DNA of 32,000 bases from an uncultured Alphaproteobacteria bacterium (GCA_963717095.1 CAVQVF010000005.1:360404-392403), one strand, 5' to 3'; numbered from the stretch's first letter, positions 1 through 9,425 are shown. Translations and numbers: made by a program. Notes: generated from the letters alone by a model not told the origin.

Positions 1-1
1 C

Positions 2-1186
2 AGGAGCTACGAGACCATGCTCTGGCTGGCCGGGCACGATATCAAGTTCGAGCCGATTTTTTCGCGCCAGTCGTTCAAGCGTGACGGCAAGGACGTGTTC
101 TGGGGCGGCTTGACGCTGGCGGCGCAGAACGAGGGCGTTGGCCTTGTCGAGGCCGAACTCGACGCGTTTCTGCGCCTGGGCGGGCAGATACGCTACAGCA
201 CCGAGATGATCGACCTGATGGCCGAAAATGGCCGGGTGACTGGGGTTGTGGTCCGTACTGAGACCGGCGAAACCGATTGGATTGCGGCCGAAGCGGTGGT
301 GCTCGCCTGCGGCGGCTTCGAGGCCAATACCGACTGGCGGCGCGAACTGATCGGCAAGAACTGGGTTCACGCCAAGGTACGCGGCACCCCGCACAATACG
401 GGGACGGGGCTGGAAGTCGCCTTCCGGCTGGGCGCGCGGCGGCACGGGCGGTTCGATGGCTGCCATGCCACCCCGATGGATTACTTCATGCCCGAATACG
501 GCAATCTCGACATACCGCATGGCGAGCGCAAGCATTACCGCAAGATTTGCTACTTCCTCGGCATCATGATCAACACCGATGGCGTCCGGTTTAGCGACGA
601 GGGCGAGAACTTCCGCAACTACACCTATGCACAGCTGGGCAAGGCGGTTATTGACCAGCCGAACCAGATCGCTTGGCAAATCTTCGACGCCAAGGTGGAT
701 GGGCTGTTGTATAGCGAATACAGGTTTTTCGACGCCCATTTCGTCGAGGCTGACACCATTGAGGAACTGATTGCCAGGTTGCAGGGCCTTGAGGCGCCGG
801 AACAGGCCGTCCGGACGATCGGTGCGTATAATGCGGCGGTAGACGAAACCACCCCATTCGATCCCGCCGCGCTCGACGGCAAGGGCACGCTCGGCTTGAC
901 GCCGCCGAAGTCCAACTGGGCCCAACGCATCGATACCGCCCCGTTCCGTGCCTATCCCGTGACCGGTGGCATCACCTTTACCTACGGTGGGCTTGAAGTG
1001 GGTCCCACCGGCGGGGTTGTGGCAGCCGACGGACAGGAAATCCCGGGGCTCTTCGCCTGCGGCGAACTGGTCGGCGGGGTGTTCTTTAACGGTTATCCGG
1101 GTGGATCTGGCCTGACCTCCGGTGCTGTCTTCGGCCGCCGTGCCGGCTATGGCGCCGCCGAGTTCGCCGGCAGCCACAAGGTTTGA
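2..1186 (+). CDS. FAD-dependent fumarate reductase/succinate dehydrogenase-type flavoprotein, tricarballylate dehydrogenase (TcuA)-like; 5' end outside window
   Basis: The frame is open to the left edge (RSYETMLWLAGHDIKF...). The C-terminal FAD-binding signature FTYGGLEVGPTGGVVAADGQEIPGLFACGELVGGVFFNGYPGGSGLTSGAVFGRRAG is typical of this family. Confidence 0.85.
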   Translation, partial: RSYETMLWLAGHDIKFEPIFSRQSFKRDGKDVFWGGLTLAAQNEGVGLVEAELDAFLRLGGQIRYSTEMIDLMAENGRVTGVVVRTETGETDWIAAEAVVLACGGFEANTDWRRELIGKNWVHAKVRGTPHNTGTGLEVAFRLGARRHGRFDGCHATPMDYFMPEYGNLDIPHGERKHYRKICYFLGIMINTDGVRFSDEGENFRNYTYAQLGKAVIDQPNQIAWQIFDAKVDGLLYSEYRFFDAHFVEADTIEELIARLQGLEAPEQAVRTIGAYNAAVDETTPFDPAALDGKGTLGLTPPKSNWAQRIDTAPFRAYPVTGGITFTYGGLEVGPTGGVVAADGQEIPGLFACGELVGGVFFNGYPGGSGLTSGAVFGRRAGYGAAEFAGSHKV

Positions 1187-1515
1187 CTATCGCGCTTGCA
1201 GCAGTAAGCTGCAGGCCATCATCTCCATCTCCCGTTCGGCGCTGCACCTCTGTCTTGCGTGCAACGGCATCAGCCTAGTTATCGAGGGCCGAAAGGTCGT
1301 GTCGATCTCGATCCCTTCGACGCACGTAGCATTGACGTTGGCGTGACCAGCGGAATCTGATGGCGCATTCCTCTTGAAGTCGCGCCGGGTCACTCCGATC
1401 CATTGCCGAGCGGGCGGCGTCTTCTTAGGGCCGATCCGCAATACCTCAAGTCCATCAGGGGATTGGAGCATTTTACCCGCAACGAAGATGCTCTTCTTGC
1501 GTCCTAACACATGCA

Positions 1516-1527
1516 ATGGTATACAAT
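1516..1527. promoter_or_regulatory. candidate GntR/FCD (UxuR/ExuR-like) operator ATGGTATACAAT upstream of an ABC operon
   Basis: Near-palindrome around GTATAC located 74 bp upstream of the substrate-binding protein ATG; it resembles the known UxuR/ExuR ATTGGTATACCAAT consensus. Confidence 0.35.
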
Positions 1528-1600
1528 GAAATGAGAGAGGAAATGCGGGGGGTCTCTGTGACCGAAACACGCCACCTCTCATCAAACAAGGAGGAAACAA

Positions 1601-2701
1601 ATGATCCACTCTGTGATGAGGGGCGGACTCGCCGTTTTGGCGACTGCCATGTTTGCCACATCGGTTTCGGCTCAAACGATCGATCCCCAATTGCAAGCCA
1701 GCTGGGACTATATGCAGCAGGCGATGCCTGGCGTTCCCTATTCCGTATTGGAGGCCGCATGCGGCGAGGGTACCGTCATGCTCTATCATGGCACGTGGGT
1801 GGACGCGCAGATGGAGCAGATTGCAGGCTTCAACCAGCACTTTCCGTGCATTAAGGTCGAGACCTATAGCGTCACCATGGGCGAGTTGCGCGAGCGCTTT
1901 CTCGCCGAGCAGCGCGCCGGCCGCTTTGTCACCGACATCATCCAGGATAGCGACGTGAGCTCGCTCGATGAGCATATCGATGAGGGCCTGCTGATGCAGT
2001 ACACCATCGCCAATGCCGGTGCCTTCGCCCCCGAAAATACGCATCCCAATTACTGGTATCCACTGCGCACCGCACTGGTTGGCATCGCCTGGAACACGGA
2101 CCTCGTGACCGATGAGGAGGCCTCGGTGCTGGGCGACTGGAAGGGCATGATCGATCCGCGCTGGGCCGGCCGCGCCGGCATCACCGATCCGGGGGACAAG
2201 GGCGTCGCCTATCAGCACTGGTTCTCGCTGCACCAAATGTACGGCGAGGATTTCCTCCGGCAGATCGGCGAGCTCCATCCGCGTATTCTGTCTGGCGCCG
2301 CCAACGCTATGGCTTCTCTGGCCTCGGGCGACGTCGCCATCGTGTTCAACGCCAGCGAAACCGGCCTGCTACCGCTGTTGGCGAAGGGTGCTCCCGTCAA
2401 ATGGACACTGCCCTCGCCCGGCGTAGGCCCGCTGACCGGGCAGGCCATCGTGGCGTCGGCGCCGCACCCCAATGCCGCCAAGCTCTACCAGGAATACGCG
2501 TTCACCCAGGAAGGATACGGGCTGTGGAACCGCACCGGCGGGGCGCCGGCGACCGACGCTTATCCCGATCAGCGGGACGTTGCCAAGGAGCCCTGGTACA
2601 AGCTGCCTGAAACGCTGTTTGCACTCGATCCCGACAAGGCCGATGCCGATTTCGATGCGCTTATGGCCAGTTTTCACGAGTTCATCGGCGCATCGCGCTA
2701 A
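1601..2701 (+). CDS. ABC transporter substrate-binding protein, Fe3+/putrescine-type (extracellular solute-binding family 1-like)
   Basis: 366 aa with an N-terminal signal peptide (GLAVLATAMFATSVSAQT). It is followed by matching permease and ATPase genes. Confidence 0.85.
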   Translation: MIHSVMRGGLAVLATAMFATSVSAQTIDPQLQASWDYMQQAMPGVPYSVLEAACGEGTVMLYHGTWVDAQMEQIAGFNQHFPCIKVETYSVTMGELRERFLAEQRAGRFVTDIIQDSDVSSLDEHIDEGLLMQYTIANAGAFAPENTHPNYWYPLRTALVGIAWNTDLVTDEEASVLGDWKGMIDPRWAGRAGITDPGDKGVAYQHWFSLHQMYGEDFLRQIGELHPRILSGAANAMASLASGDVAIVFNASETGLLPLLAKGAPVKWTLPSPGVGPLTGQAIVASAPHPNAAKLYQEYAFTQEGYGLWNRTGGAPATDAYPDQRDVAKEPWYKLPETLFALDPDKADADFDALMASFHEFIGASR

Positions 2702-2714
2702 CATCTGACAGGCA

Positions 2715-2740
2715 GGGAGTCCGGCCCTGGCCGGGCTCCC
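2715..2740 (+). repeat. GC-rich intercistronic stem-loop (GGGAGTCCGGCC CT GGCCGGGCTCCC)
   Basis: Inverted repeat GGGAG-t-CCGGCC / GGCCGG-g-CTCCC read directly between the SBP stop (2701) and the permease start (2759); no U-tract. Confidence 0.7.
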
Positions 2741-2758
2741 TTAGCACGGATCATCGCC

Positions 2759-4486
2759 ATGAATGTCGCACCCCCCCTGGAAACGGAAGACGAAAGGGCA
2801 TTCAGGCGCCCCTTCGCACGCTATGGATCGCTGTTGACCTTCCTGGTCCTTGCAACACTCGTGCTGGCACCGGTGGCGCTGGTGATCTACGGCTCGTTCA
2901 GCACCGAATCCCCCGGTCATCCGGGTGCCGCCTTTACGATCGGCAACTGGATCAGGGTCTATAGCTCTCCCACTTATCTCTCGGCATTCTTCAGCACCGT
3001 AGCGATCTCGACGGTCACCGGCGTGCTTTCCGTCCTGATCGGCGGCGTGCTCGCTTGGATCGTCGCCCGCACCGATGCACCCGGCCGCAACCTGCTGGCC
3101 ATTCTGTTTGTCGTGCCGCTGATGCTGTCCAATCTCATCACCACTCTGGCCTGGATCGCACTCGCCGCCCCCAATGCGGGCTTCATCAACGTGATCTTCC
3201 GCACTCTGACCGGCGTCAAAACGCTGTTCGACATCTATTCCTTTTCGGGCATCGTGCTGGTGATGGCGCTTCACTATGCCGCCTTCGCCTTCGTGGCGAT
3301 CCTGGCGGCGCTCAAATCGATGGATGCGAGCCTGGAGGAAGCCTCCTATATGCTGGGCGCCAGTCCGCTGCGTACCGCACTCAACATGACCCTGCCACTG
3401 ATCTGGCCGTCGATCGCGGCGGTATTTCTTATGACCTTCGTCATGGCCGCCGAGAATTTCTCGGTGCCGACGCTCCTCGGCGCCCCTATCGGGCTGCAGA
3501 CGCTGACGACACGCATCTTCCTCGACATGACGGTCGCGCCCTCCGAACCCACGGTGGCGGCTACGTCCGGCACCATGCTGCTGTGGATCGCGTTGCTCGG
3601 CACACTCTGGCAGCGCCGTATTCTGAAGAACGCCAACCGCTTCGTTACCATCGGCGGCAAAGGCGCCCGCAGCCAGCCGACACAGCTCGGCCGCTGGCGC
3701 TACGCAGCTACCGGCGTGCTGGTGCTGTATTTCCTGGTCGCCGTGGTCTTGCCATACCTGACGCTGGTGCTGGGCTCGTTTCTCAACTTCATCACGCCGC
3801 GCATCACGCTGCAGACCCTCACGCTCGGCAATTACGAGGATATGCTGTCGGGGGAAACCTTCAGCGCGCTACAGAATTCGCTGCTCTATTCGGTCCTGGG
3901 CGGACTGGTGTTCAGCTTTGCCTACGTGGTCATCGGCTACTTCATCAAGTCGACCCGAAACGCATTTGGCACGCTTACCGAACTGGTCACCATCATTCCG
4001 ACCGCAATTCCGGCACTGGTGCTGGCACTGGGCGTATTGTGGCTGTTTGTCGGCATGCCACTGCCGATCTACGGCACGGTGGCGATCCTGATGTTCGCCT
4101 ATTTCATTCGCTTCATCGGCTATGGCGTGCGGCAGGCGCGTGTCGCCTTCGTGCAGATATCGGACGATTTGACGGAGGCGGCCCGGGTAAACGGCGCCAG
4201 CCCTGGCCGGGCTTTCATGGATATCTCAATCCCGCTGCTGCGGCCGACGCTGACGGCGCTGTGGACCCTGATGTTCATCAACCTGTTTACAGAAATCAGC
4301 GCCACCATCCTGCTGTACAGCTCCAGCACGCGCACTTTGCCGGTAATCCTGTGGAGCTACATGTCCTCGGGCCATCAACCACGCGCCTTCGCAATCGCCG
4401 TGCTCCAGGCAACCATAATCTTCGTCATCCTCTATGCTGCTGAAAAACGCTTCGGCATGCTCAAGAGCACAATTGGGCAGGGCTGA
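2759..4486 (+). CDS. ABC transporter permease, iron(III)/polyamine type with two fused permease domains
   Basis: 575 aa with about 12 hydrophobic segments and two EAA-type loops (LEEASYMLGASPLRTALNMTLPLIWPSI; LTEAARVNGASPGRAFMDISIPLLRPTL). Confidence 0.9.
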   Translation: MNVAPPLETEDERAFRRPFARYGSLLTFLVLATLVLAPVALVIYGSFSTESPGHPGAAFTIGNWIRVYSSPTYLSAFFSTVAISTVTGVLSVLIGGVLAWIVARTDAPGRNLLAILFVVPLMLSNLITTLAWIALAAPNAGFINVIFRTLTGVKTLFDIYSFSGIVLVMALHYAAFAFVAILAALKSMDASLEEASYMLGASPLRTALNMTLPLIWPSIAAVFLMTFVMAAENFSVPTLLGAPIGLQTLTTRIFLDMTVAPSEPTVAATSGTMLLWIALLGTLWQRRILKNANRFVTIGGKGARSQPTQLGRWRYAATGVLVLYFLVAVVLPYLTLVLGSFLNFITPRITLQTLTLGNYEDMLSGETFSALQNSLLYSVLGGLVFSFAYVVIGYFIKSTRNAFGTLTELVTIIPTAIPALVLALGVLWLFVGMPLPIYGTVAILMFAYFIRFIGYGVRQARVAFVQISDDLTEAARVNGASPGRAFMDISIPLLRPTLTALWTLMFINLFTEISATILLYSSSTRTLPVILWSYMSSGHQPRAFAIAVLQATIIFVILYAAEKRFGMLKSTIGQG

Positions 4487-4520
4487 CCACGACGGTCACC
4501 CTGGAGCCAGGAGTTCACGT

Positions 4521-5597
4521 ATGTCTGTGCTGCAAGTTCGCAACTTCGAGAAATCCTTCGGCGCCTTCAAGGCTGTCCACGGCATCAGCTTTTCACTCGC
4601 CGAGGGCGAAATTCTGGCGATCATCGGACCGAGCGGATGCGGCAAGACCACGACGTTACGCTGCATCGCCGGCTTGGAGCGGCCAACCGGCGGCGAGATC
4701 ATCGTGGGTGGGCGAACCGTTGCCAGCTCCACGGTGTTCGTACCACCTGAAAAGCGCGATATCGGCATGGTTTTCCAATCCTATGCCCTATGGCCACACA
4801 AGACGGTATTCCAGAACATCGCCTACGGGCTCAACATCAAGAACATGCCCAAGGACCAAATCGCCGAGGCAGTCGCCCGCACGCTGGATCTGGTGGGGCT
4901 GCGGGGGCTGGAACAGCGCTATCCGGCCGAGCTCAGCGGCGGCCAGCAACAGCGCGTCGCCCTGGCGCGCAGCGTCATCGGCGAGCCCCGAATAATCTTG
5001 CTCGATGAGCCGCTCAGCAATCTGGACGCCAAACTGCGCGAACGCATGCGCGACGATATTCGCAGCTTGATCCGCTCGCTCAATATCTCGGCCGTTCACA
5101 TCACCCATGACCAGAGCGAGGCAATGGGCATCGCCGACCGGATCATCTGCATGCACGCCGGCTATATCGAACAGGAGGGATCGGCGCGCGACATCTACCG
5201 CAAACCCCTGACGATGTTCGCTGCGGACTTCTTCGGGACCGTCAGCTTCCTCGATGGCGAGGTCATCGCTGTAGCGCCAGGCCAAGCCAGCATCCGTGTG
5301 GCGCCGCAGGTCGAGTTGACAGTCGCGGTGCGCGATCCGGTCCAGCCTGGCGACAAGGTGACGGTGGCTCTCCGGCCGGAAAGCGTGACAATGTCGACCA
5401 CACCCACGGCTGGCGCCAATGCCCTTACCGGAACGATCGCCTCGGAAACGTTCCTGGGCAGCTATTCGGACTACATCGTCGCCACCGGCGGCCTGTCATT
5501 GCGAGCGCGCACCAATATCGACCTGCCGGTTGGCACCACAGTCTATTGCACTATTGATCCGGCGCAGCTGAACGTCTTTCCCGCCGGCTCGAAGTAG
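4521..5597 (+). CDS. ABC transporter ATP-binding protein (PotA/FbpC-like)
   Basis: Walker A GPSGCGKTT, signature LSGGQQQRVALARS, Walker B IILLDEPLSNLD, C-terminal TOBE-like domain. The most plausible start is ATG 4521 (MSVLQVRNFEKSF) rather than the 4434 ORF start. Confidence 0.92.
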   Translation: MSVLQVRNFEKSFGAFKAVHGISFSLAEGEILAIIGPSGCGKTTTLRCIAGLERPTGGEIIVGGRTVASSTVFVPPEKRDIGMVFQSYALWPHKTVFQNIAYGLNIKNMPKDQIAEAVARTLDLVGLRGLEQRYPAELSGGQQQRVALARSVIGEPRIILLDEPLSNLDAKLRERMRDDIRSLIRSLNISAVHITHDQSEAMGIADRIICMHAGYIEQEGSARDIYRKPLTMFAADFFGTVSFLDGEVIAVAPGQASIRVAPQVELTVAVRDPVQPGDKVTVALRPESVTMSTTPTAGANALTGTIASETFLGSYSDYIVATGGLSLRARTNIDLPVGTTVYCTIDPAQLNVFPAGSK

Positions 5598-5610
5598 CCG
5601 GGCCGCCACT

Positions 5611-5748
5611 AGAGGGTGTCAGGGACTAATTAACGCTGGTCTGAAGGTTTGTGGGATGCTCCTGTCCCGCAAGCCTTGCCCCCGAGATGTGTCCGATGAC
5701 GAATGGGCGTTTGGCGCTCGTCGATCCCAACGCCATGTCGAGAATTGA
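5611..5748 (+). mobile_element. degenerate 5' end of an IS5-like insertion sequence (transposase N-terminal remnant)
   Basis: ORF 5656..5748 encodes MLLSRKPCPRDVSDDEWAFGARRSQRHVEN*. The DVSDDEWAF stretch matches the N-terminus of IS5-family transposases, and it is preceded by a candidate terminal sequence GAGGGTGTCAGGGACTAATTA. Confidence 0.45.
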
Positions 5749-5840
5749 GCAGCCATTTTCGCCACAAGCCGCATTTCTTCGTGGTACGTTTGGCGGGCGC
5801 ATGGCGCGATGATAGCGATGGGAGAACCGCGGTGAACGAT

Positions 5841-6596
5841 ATGTCGTCTTTCAGCCTGGCCGGCAAGACAGTGATGGTCACTGGAGCCAATACCGGCATT
5901 GGGCAGGGCATTGCGCTCAGCGTCGGGCGGGCCGGCGGGAAGGTGATCGGCGTGGGCCGTTCGGCCATGGACGAAACGGCGCACTTGCTGGAGGCGATGG
6001 GGGCGGCGTTTGTCGCCGTTCAGGCCGATCTCAGCTCGACCAGCGCGGCGCAGGCGATGTTCGACGCCGCCTGGGACGCGCATGGGCCGATCGACGGCCT
6101 GGTCAACAATGCCGGGATCATCAAGCGCGTCGACGCGGTGGATTTTACCGAAGGCGACTGGGACCAGGTGATGGACACCAATCTCAAGACCATGTTTTTC
6201 CTCTGCCAGTCGTTCGGCAGACGGGCGTTTGGCAGCGGCCGCCAGGGCAAGATCGTCAACATCTCGTCGATGCTGAGTTTCCAGGGTGGGGTTCGCGTGG
6301 CGAGCTATACGGCGTCCAAGAGCGGCGTGCTGGGAATTACCCGGCTATTGGCCAATGAGTGGGCGGCCAAGGGCATTAACGTCAATTCGATCGCGCCGGG
6401 CTATATCGAGACCAACAATACCGAGGCGCTACGCGCCGATCCTGATCGTTCCGCCGCCATACTCGGGCGCATTCCGGCGGGACGCTGGGGTGAGCCGTCC
6501 GATATCGGTGACGCGGCGGTGTTCCTGTTGTCGGCCGCGTCCAACTATATGCATGGCGCGGTCATTCCCGTGGATGGAGGCTGGTTGGCCCGATAA
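5841..6596 (+). CDS. kduD: 2-deoxy-D-gluconate 3-dehydrogenase / 2-dehydro-3-deoxy-D-gluconate 5-dehydrogenase (SDR family)
   Basis: SDR motifs TGANTGIGQG, NNAGI, YTASKSG and the terminal VDGGWLAR. Likely start ATG 5841 (MSSFSLAGKTVMVTGANTG) inside ORF 5703..6596; it converges on kduI. Confidence 0.88.
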   Translation: MSSFSLAGKTVMVTGANTGIGQGIALSVGRAGGKVIGVGRSAMDETAHLLEAMGAAFVAVQADLSSTSAAQAMFDAAWDAHGPIDGLVNNAGIIKRVDAVDFTEGDWDQVMDTNLKTMFFLCQSFGRRAFGSGRQGKIVNISSMLSFQGGVRVASYTASKSGVLGITRLLANEWAAKGINVNSIAPGYIETNNTEALRADPDRSAAILGRIPAGRWGEPSDIGDAAVFLLSAASNYMHGAVIPVDGGWLAR

Positions 6597-6618
6597 GGCT
6601 ATCGCCGCCATCGGGCCA
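6586..6618. terminator. candidate bidirectional stem-loop between convergent kduD and kduI
   Basis: Perfect 9-bp inverted repeat TGGCCCGAT (6586-6594) / ATCGGGCCA (6610-6618) overlapping the kduD stop codon; no clear U-tract. Confidence 0.4.
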
Positions 6619-6623
6619 GGCGT

Positions 6624-7466
6624 TCAGCGCAACATGTCCATGGGAATCTTATCCATATCGGTGAAGCTGATATTGTCGCCGGCCATGGCCCAGATGAACG
6701 AATAGCGGCCGGTGCCGGCGCCGGCATGGATCGACCAGCTCGGCGAAAACACGGCCTCATGGCTTTTGACGATGATATGGCGCGTTTCGGTTGGCTCGCC
6801 CATCATGTGGAAGATGCGGGTGTCGGGCTCCATGCCGAAATAGAGATAGGCCTCCATGCGCCGGTCATGCAGATGGGCCGGCATGGTGTTCCAGATCGAT
6901 CCGGGCTCGAACATGGTCAGGCCGACCAGCAGCTGGCAGCTCTCGCAGACATCGGGGTGAATATATTGGTTGATGGTGCGGGCATTGGCCTCGACCGCGC
7001 TGCCACCCTTGACCTTCTTGGCCTGGTCCAGCGTGATATGGACATTGGGAAGCGCGCGATGCGCCGGGGTGCTCACCAGGTAGAATTGCGCCGCGTTGGC
7101 TGCCTGAAGGCTGGACATGACAATGGGGCCGTTGCCCATGCCGACATAAAGGGCTTCCTGGAAGGCGAGCTCGTACGAGGTGCCGCCGACGTCGATGCGC
7201 CCGGCGCCGCCGATATTGACGATGCCCAGTTCGCGTCGATCGAGAAATCCATCGGTGCCGGTTTCCTTGACGCCGGCCAGGGTCAGGCTTTCCGATTGGG
7301 GAACGGCGCCACCGACGATCATCCGGTCGTAGTGGCTATAAGTCAGGTTGATCTGGCCGGGCACGAACAGGGCCTCGACGAGAAAGGCTTCCCGCAACCC
7401 CGACGTGCCCAGATTTGCGGATTCACGAGGCCCGATGGCATGCAGAACGGAAACATTTGTAGTCAT
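6624..7466 (-). CDS. kduI: 5-dehydro-4-deoxy-D-glucuronate isomerase
   Basis: 280 aa. Characteristic KduI features: REAFLVEALFVPGQINLTYSHYDRMIVGGAVP, NIGGAGRIDVGGTSYEL, TCELL-like CESCQLLVGLT, and C-terminal HNMPAHLHDRRMEAYLYF/WSIHAGAGTGRYSFIWAMAGDN. Confidence 0.93.
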   Translation of the reverse strand: MTTNVSVLHAIGPRESANLGTSGLREAFLVEALFVPGQINLTYSHYDRMIVGGAVPQSESLTLAGVKETGTDGFLDRRELGIVNIGGAGRIDVGGTSYELAFQEALYVGMGNGPIVMSSLQAANAAQFYLVSTPAHRALPNVHITLDQAKKVKGGSAVEANARTINQYIHPDVCESCQLLVGLTMFEPGSIWNTMPAHLHDRRMEAYLYFGMEPDTRIFHMMGEPTETRHIIVKSHEAVFSPSWSIHAGAGTGRYSFIWAMAGDNISFTDMDKIPMDMLR

Positions 7467-7544
7467 TGTTTTCTCTTCTTGAATATGGGTAGTCCGGCCA
7501 AAGGCACAGCGCCCCGGCCTGTCTGGCGGTGGTGAAGCGATCGA

Positions 7545-8399
7545 TCAGCCCTTGACGGCGCCACCCGTCAGCCCCGCGATGATCTGGCGCTGCATGATGA
7601 CGAAGACGATCACGGCGGGTACCGTCGCGGTTAACGAAGAGGCCATGAGCTCGCCCCAACTGATGCCGATGCCGTTCTCGTTGAACATCGCCAGACCCAC
7701 GGGCAGGGTGCGCATGGTGTCGTTGTTGGTCATGGTCAGGGCGATGAGGAACTCATTCCAGGCCTCCACGAAGGTATAGATACCCACCGCTGCGATCGCC
7801 GGTCGAGCTGTCGGCAGCGCGATCCGCCAATAGACGCCGAACCAGGAACAGCCGTCCATGCGGGCGCTTTCCTCGATCTCGCGCGGCAGGTCCATGAAAT
7901 AGGCGCGGAACATGAAGACCGCGAAAGGCAAGAAGATGACGACATAGGCAAAGATCAGCCCGGCTGGTGAGTTGACCAGCTTGAGCGCCGTCATCAGGAT
8001 GAAAAATGGGATCAGCAGAACCTGGAACGGAATGGTGGTGGTGCCGAGCATACCCCCGATAACCGCATTGCGGCCGGGAAACGGCAACCGTGCCAGCGCG
8101 TAACCTGCCATCGAGGCGATCAGCAGGGTGACCGCAGTGGTCACGATCGCAACCAGGAAGCTGTTGAAATAGTAGTGGGCAAACGGCGCAGCATTCCAGG
8201 CCGAAACGAAATTGTCGAAATTGATGGATTTGGGCAGCCAGGCCGGCGGGTTCTGGAAAATCTCCGGCTTGGTCTTCATGGCCGTGCTGATCATCCAGAG
8301 GAAGGGCGCCAGCCAGACCAGTGCCACGATGATGGTCAGGGCATTGGTCGCCACGGTTCCAATCAGGGATCGGCGTTCGTAGGGCGCGATGTCGCTCAT
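7545..8399 (-). CDS. carbohydrate ABC transporter permease (MalG family)
   Basis: 284 aa with EAA loop EIEESARMDGCSWFGVYWRIALPTARPAI and multiple TM segments; overlaps the next gene by 4 nt. Confidence 0.92.
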   Translation of the reverse strand: MSDIAPYERRSLIGTVATNALTIIVALVWLAPFLWMISTAMKTKPEIFQNPPAWLPKSINFDNFVSAWNAAPFAHYYFNSFLVAIVTTAVTLLIASMAGYALARLPFPGRNAVIGGMLGTTTIPFQVLLIPFFILMTALKLVNSPAGLIFAYVVIFLPFAVFMFRAYFMDLPREIEESARMDGCSWFGVYWRIALPTARPAIAAVGIYTFVEAWNEFLIALTMTNNDTMRTLPVGLAMFNENGIGISWGELMASSLTATVPAVIVFVIMQRQIIAGLTGGAVKG

Positions 8400-9319
8400 T
8401 TCTTGCCTCCCTTGAGGATTAGGGCCTGGATGACGCTGAGCGCGCCCACCAGCAGGAAGAACACCACGCCGATCGCGCCGGCATAGCCGAAGTCGAAATA
8501 TTCAAAGCCTTGCCGGTAGAGGTAGATCAGGATGGTTTCGGTGGTGTAGAGCGGCCCGCCGCCAGTCATGATGAAGACCTGATCGAAGGTCTTGAACGAG
8601 CCGATGAGCTTGAGGGTCATCACCACCAGCAGCGTCGGCCGGATATAAGGCAGGGTGATGTAGTAGAAGCGGTCCCACAGGGTGGCGCCATCCAGCGCCG
8701 CCGCTTCGTGCAGGTCCCGCGGCACATTCTGCAGCGCGGCCAGCACCAGCATGGAAGACAGGCCGGTGCCGAGCCACAGATTGACGATGACGATCGACCA
8801 TTTGGCAAAATGGGGAGAATTCAGCCAGGGAATGCCCTTCTCGATCAGGCCCATCGAGGTCAGCGACTGGTTGATGAAGCCGAATTCGGTGTTGAACATC
8901 CAGATCCAGGCCATGGCCGCTACGGCGCTGGAAATGATCACCGGCAGGAAGATGGTCAGCCGCAGGACGCGCGCCAGGAAGGTCGGCCGGTTCATCAGCA
9001 AAGCAAGCCCGACCGACATGGCGGTGCCCAGGATCAGGTTCCAGACCGTGTAGAACGCGGTATTGCCCAGCCCTTGCCAGAAAATCCTGTCGCCAAACAG
9101 GCGCACATAATTGTCCAGGCCGATAAAGGTGCTGCCTGCGGGCTTCCACTGCACGAAGCTGAGCCAGATCGCATAGAGCAGCGGATAGAGCATCAGGCCG
9201 ACCATGATCACCAGCGCCGGGGCCGCCAGAGCGAGCCCCGCCCAGCGGTCCAACAGACCCGAAAAACTATGAGCGCTGGTCGCTCGCTTGATCGGCAAGC
9301 CGACGGAATTTGATTGCAT
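8396..9319 (-). CDS. carbohydrate ABC transporter permease (MalF family)
   Basis: Permease sequence with EAA loop DLHEAAALDGATLWDRFYYITLPYIRPTLLV. ATG at 9319 (MQSNSVGLPIKR) is the likely start; the 9463 ORF start would overrun the SBP gene. Confidence 0.9.
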   Translation of the reverse strand: MQSNSVGLPIKRATSAHSFSGLLDRWAGLALAAPALVIMVGLMLYPLLYAIWLSFVQWKPAGSTFIGLDNYVRLFGDRIFWQGLGNTAFYTVWNLILGTAMSVGLALLMNRPTFLARVLRLTIFLPVIISSAVAAMAWIWMFNTEFGFINQSLTSMGLIEKGIPWLNSPHFAKWSIVIVNLWLGTGLSSMLVLAALQNVPRDLHEAAALDGATLWDRFYYITLPYIRPTLLVVMTLKLIGSFKTFDQVFIMTGGGPLYTTETILIYLYRQGFEYFDFGYAGAIGVVFFLLVGALSVIQALILKGGKK

Positions 9320-9390
9320 TGCGGTGGGCACGACTGGGTCTCCCGGCAAAAACAGGGCCAGCGGGCCCCGTTGCATTTTGACGATCAGGC

Positions 9391-9419
9391 CCGGCGAGGT
9401 CAGTATCTGGCCTCGCCGG
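9391..9419 (-). repeat. GC-rich intercistronic stem-loop 3' of the SBP gene
   Basis: Perfect 9-bp inverted repeat CCGGCGAGG (9391-9399) / CCTCGCCGG (9411-9419), starting just after the SBP stop at 9426 on the minus strand. Confidence 0.7.
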
Positions 9420-9425
9420 ATGCGG

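Noticed and set aside
1187-2278. 363-aa minus-strand ORF covering the 414-bp gap and the SBP gene
   Set aside because: Mostly antisense to the SBP; the gap part shows no recognisable domain. A degenerate gene cannot be excluded but is unsupported.
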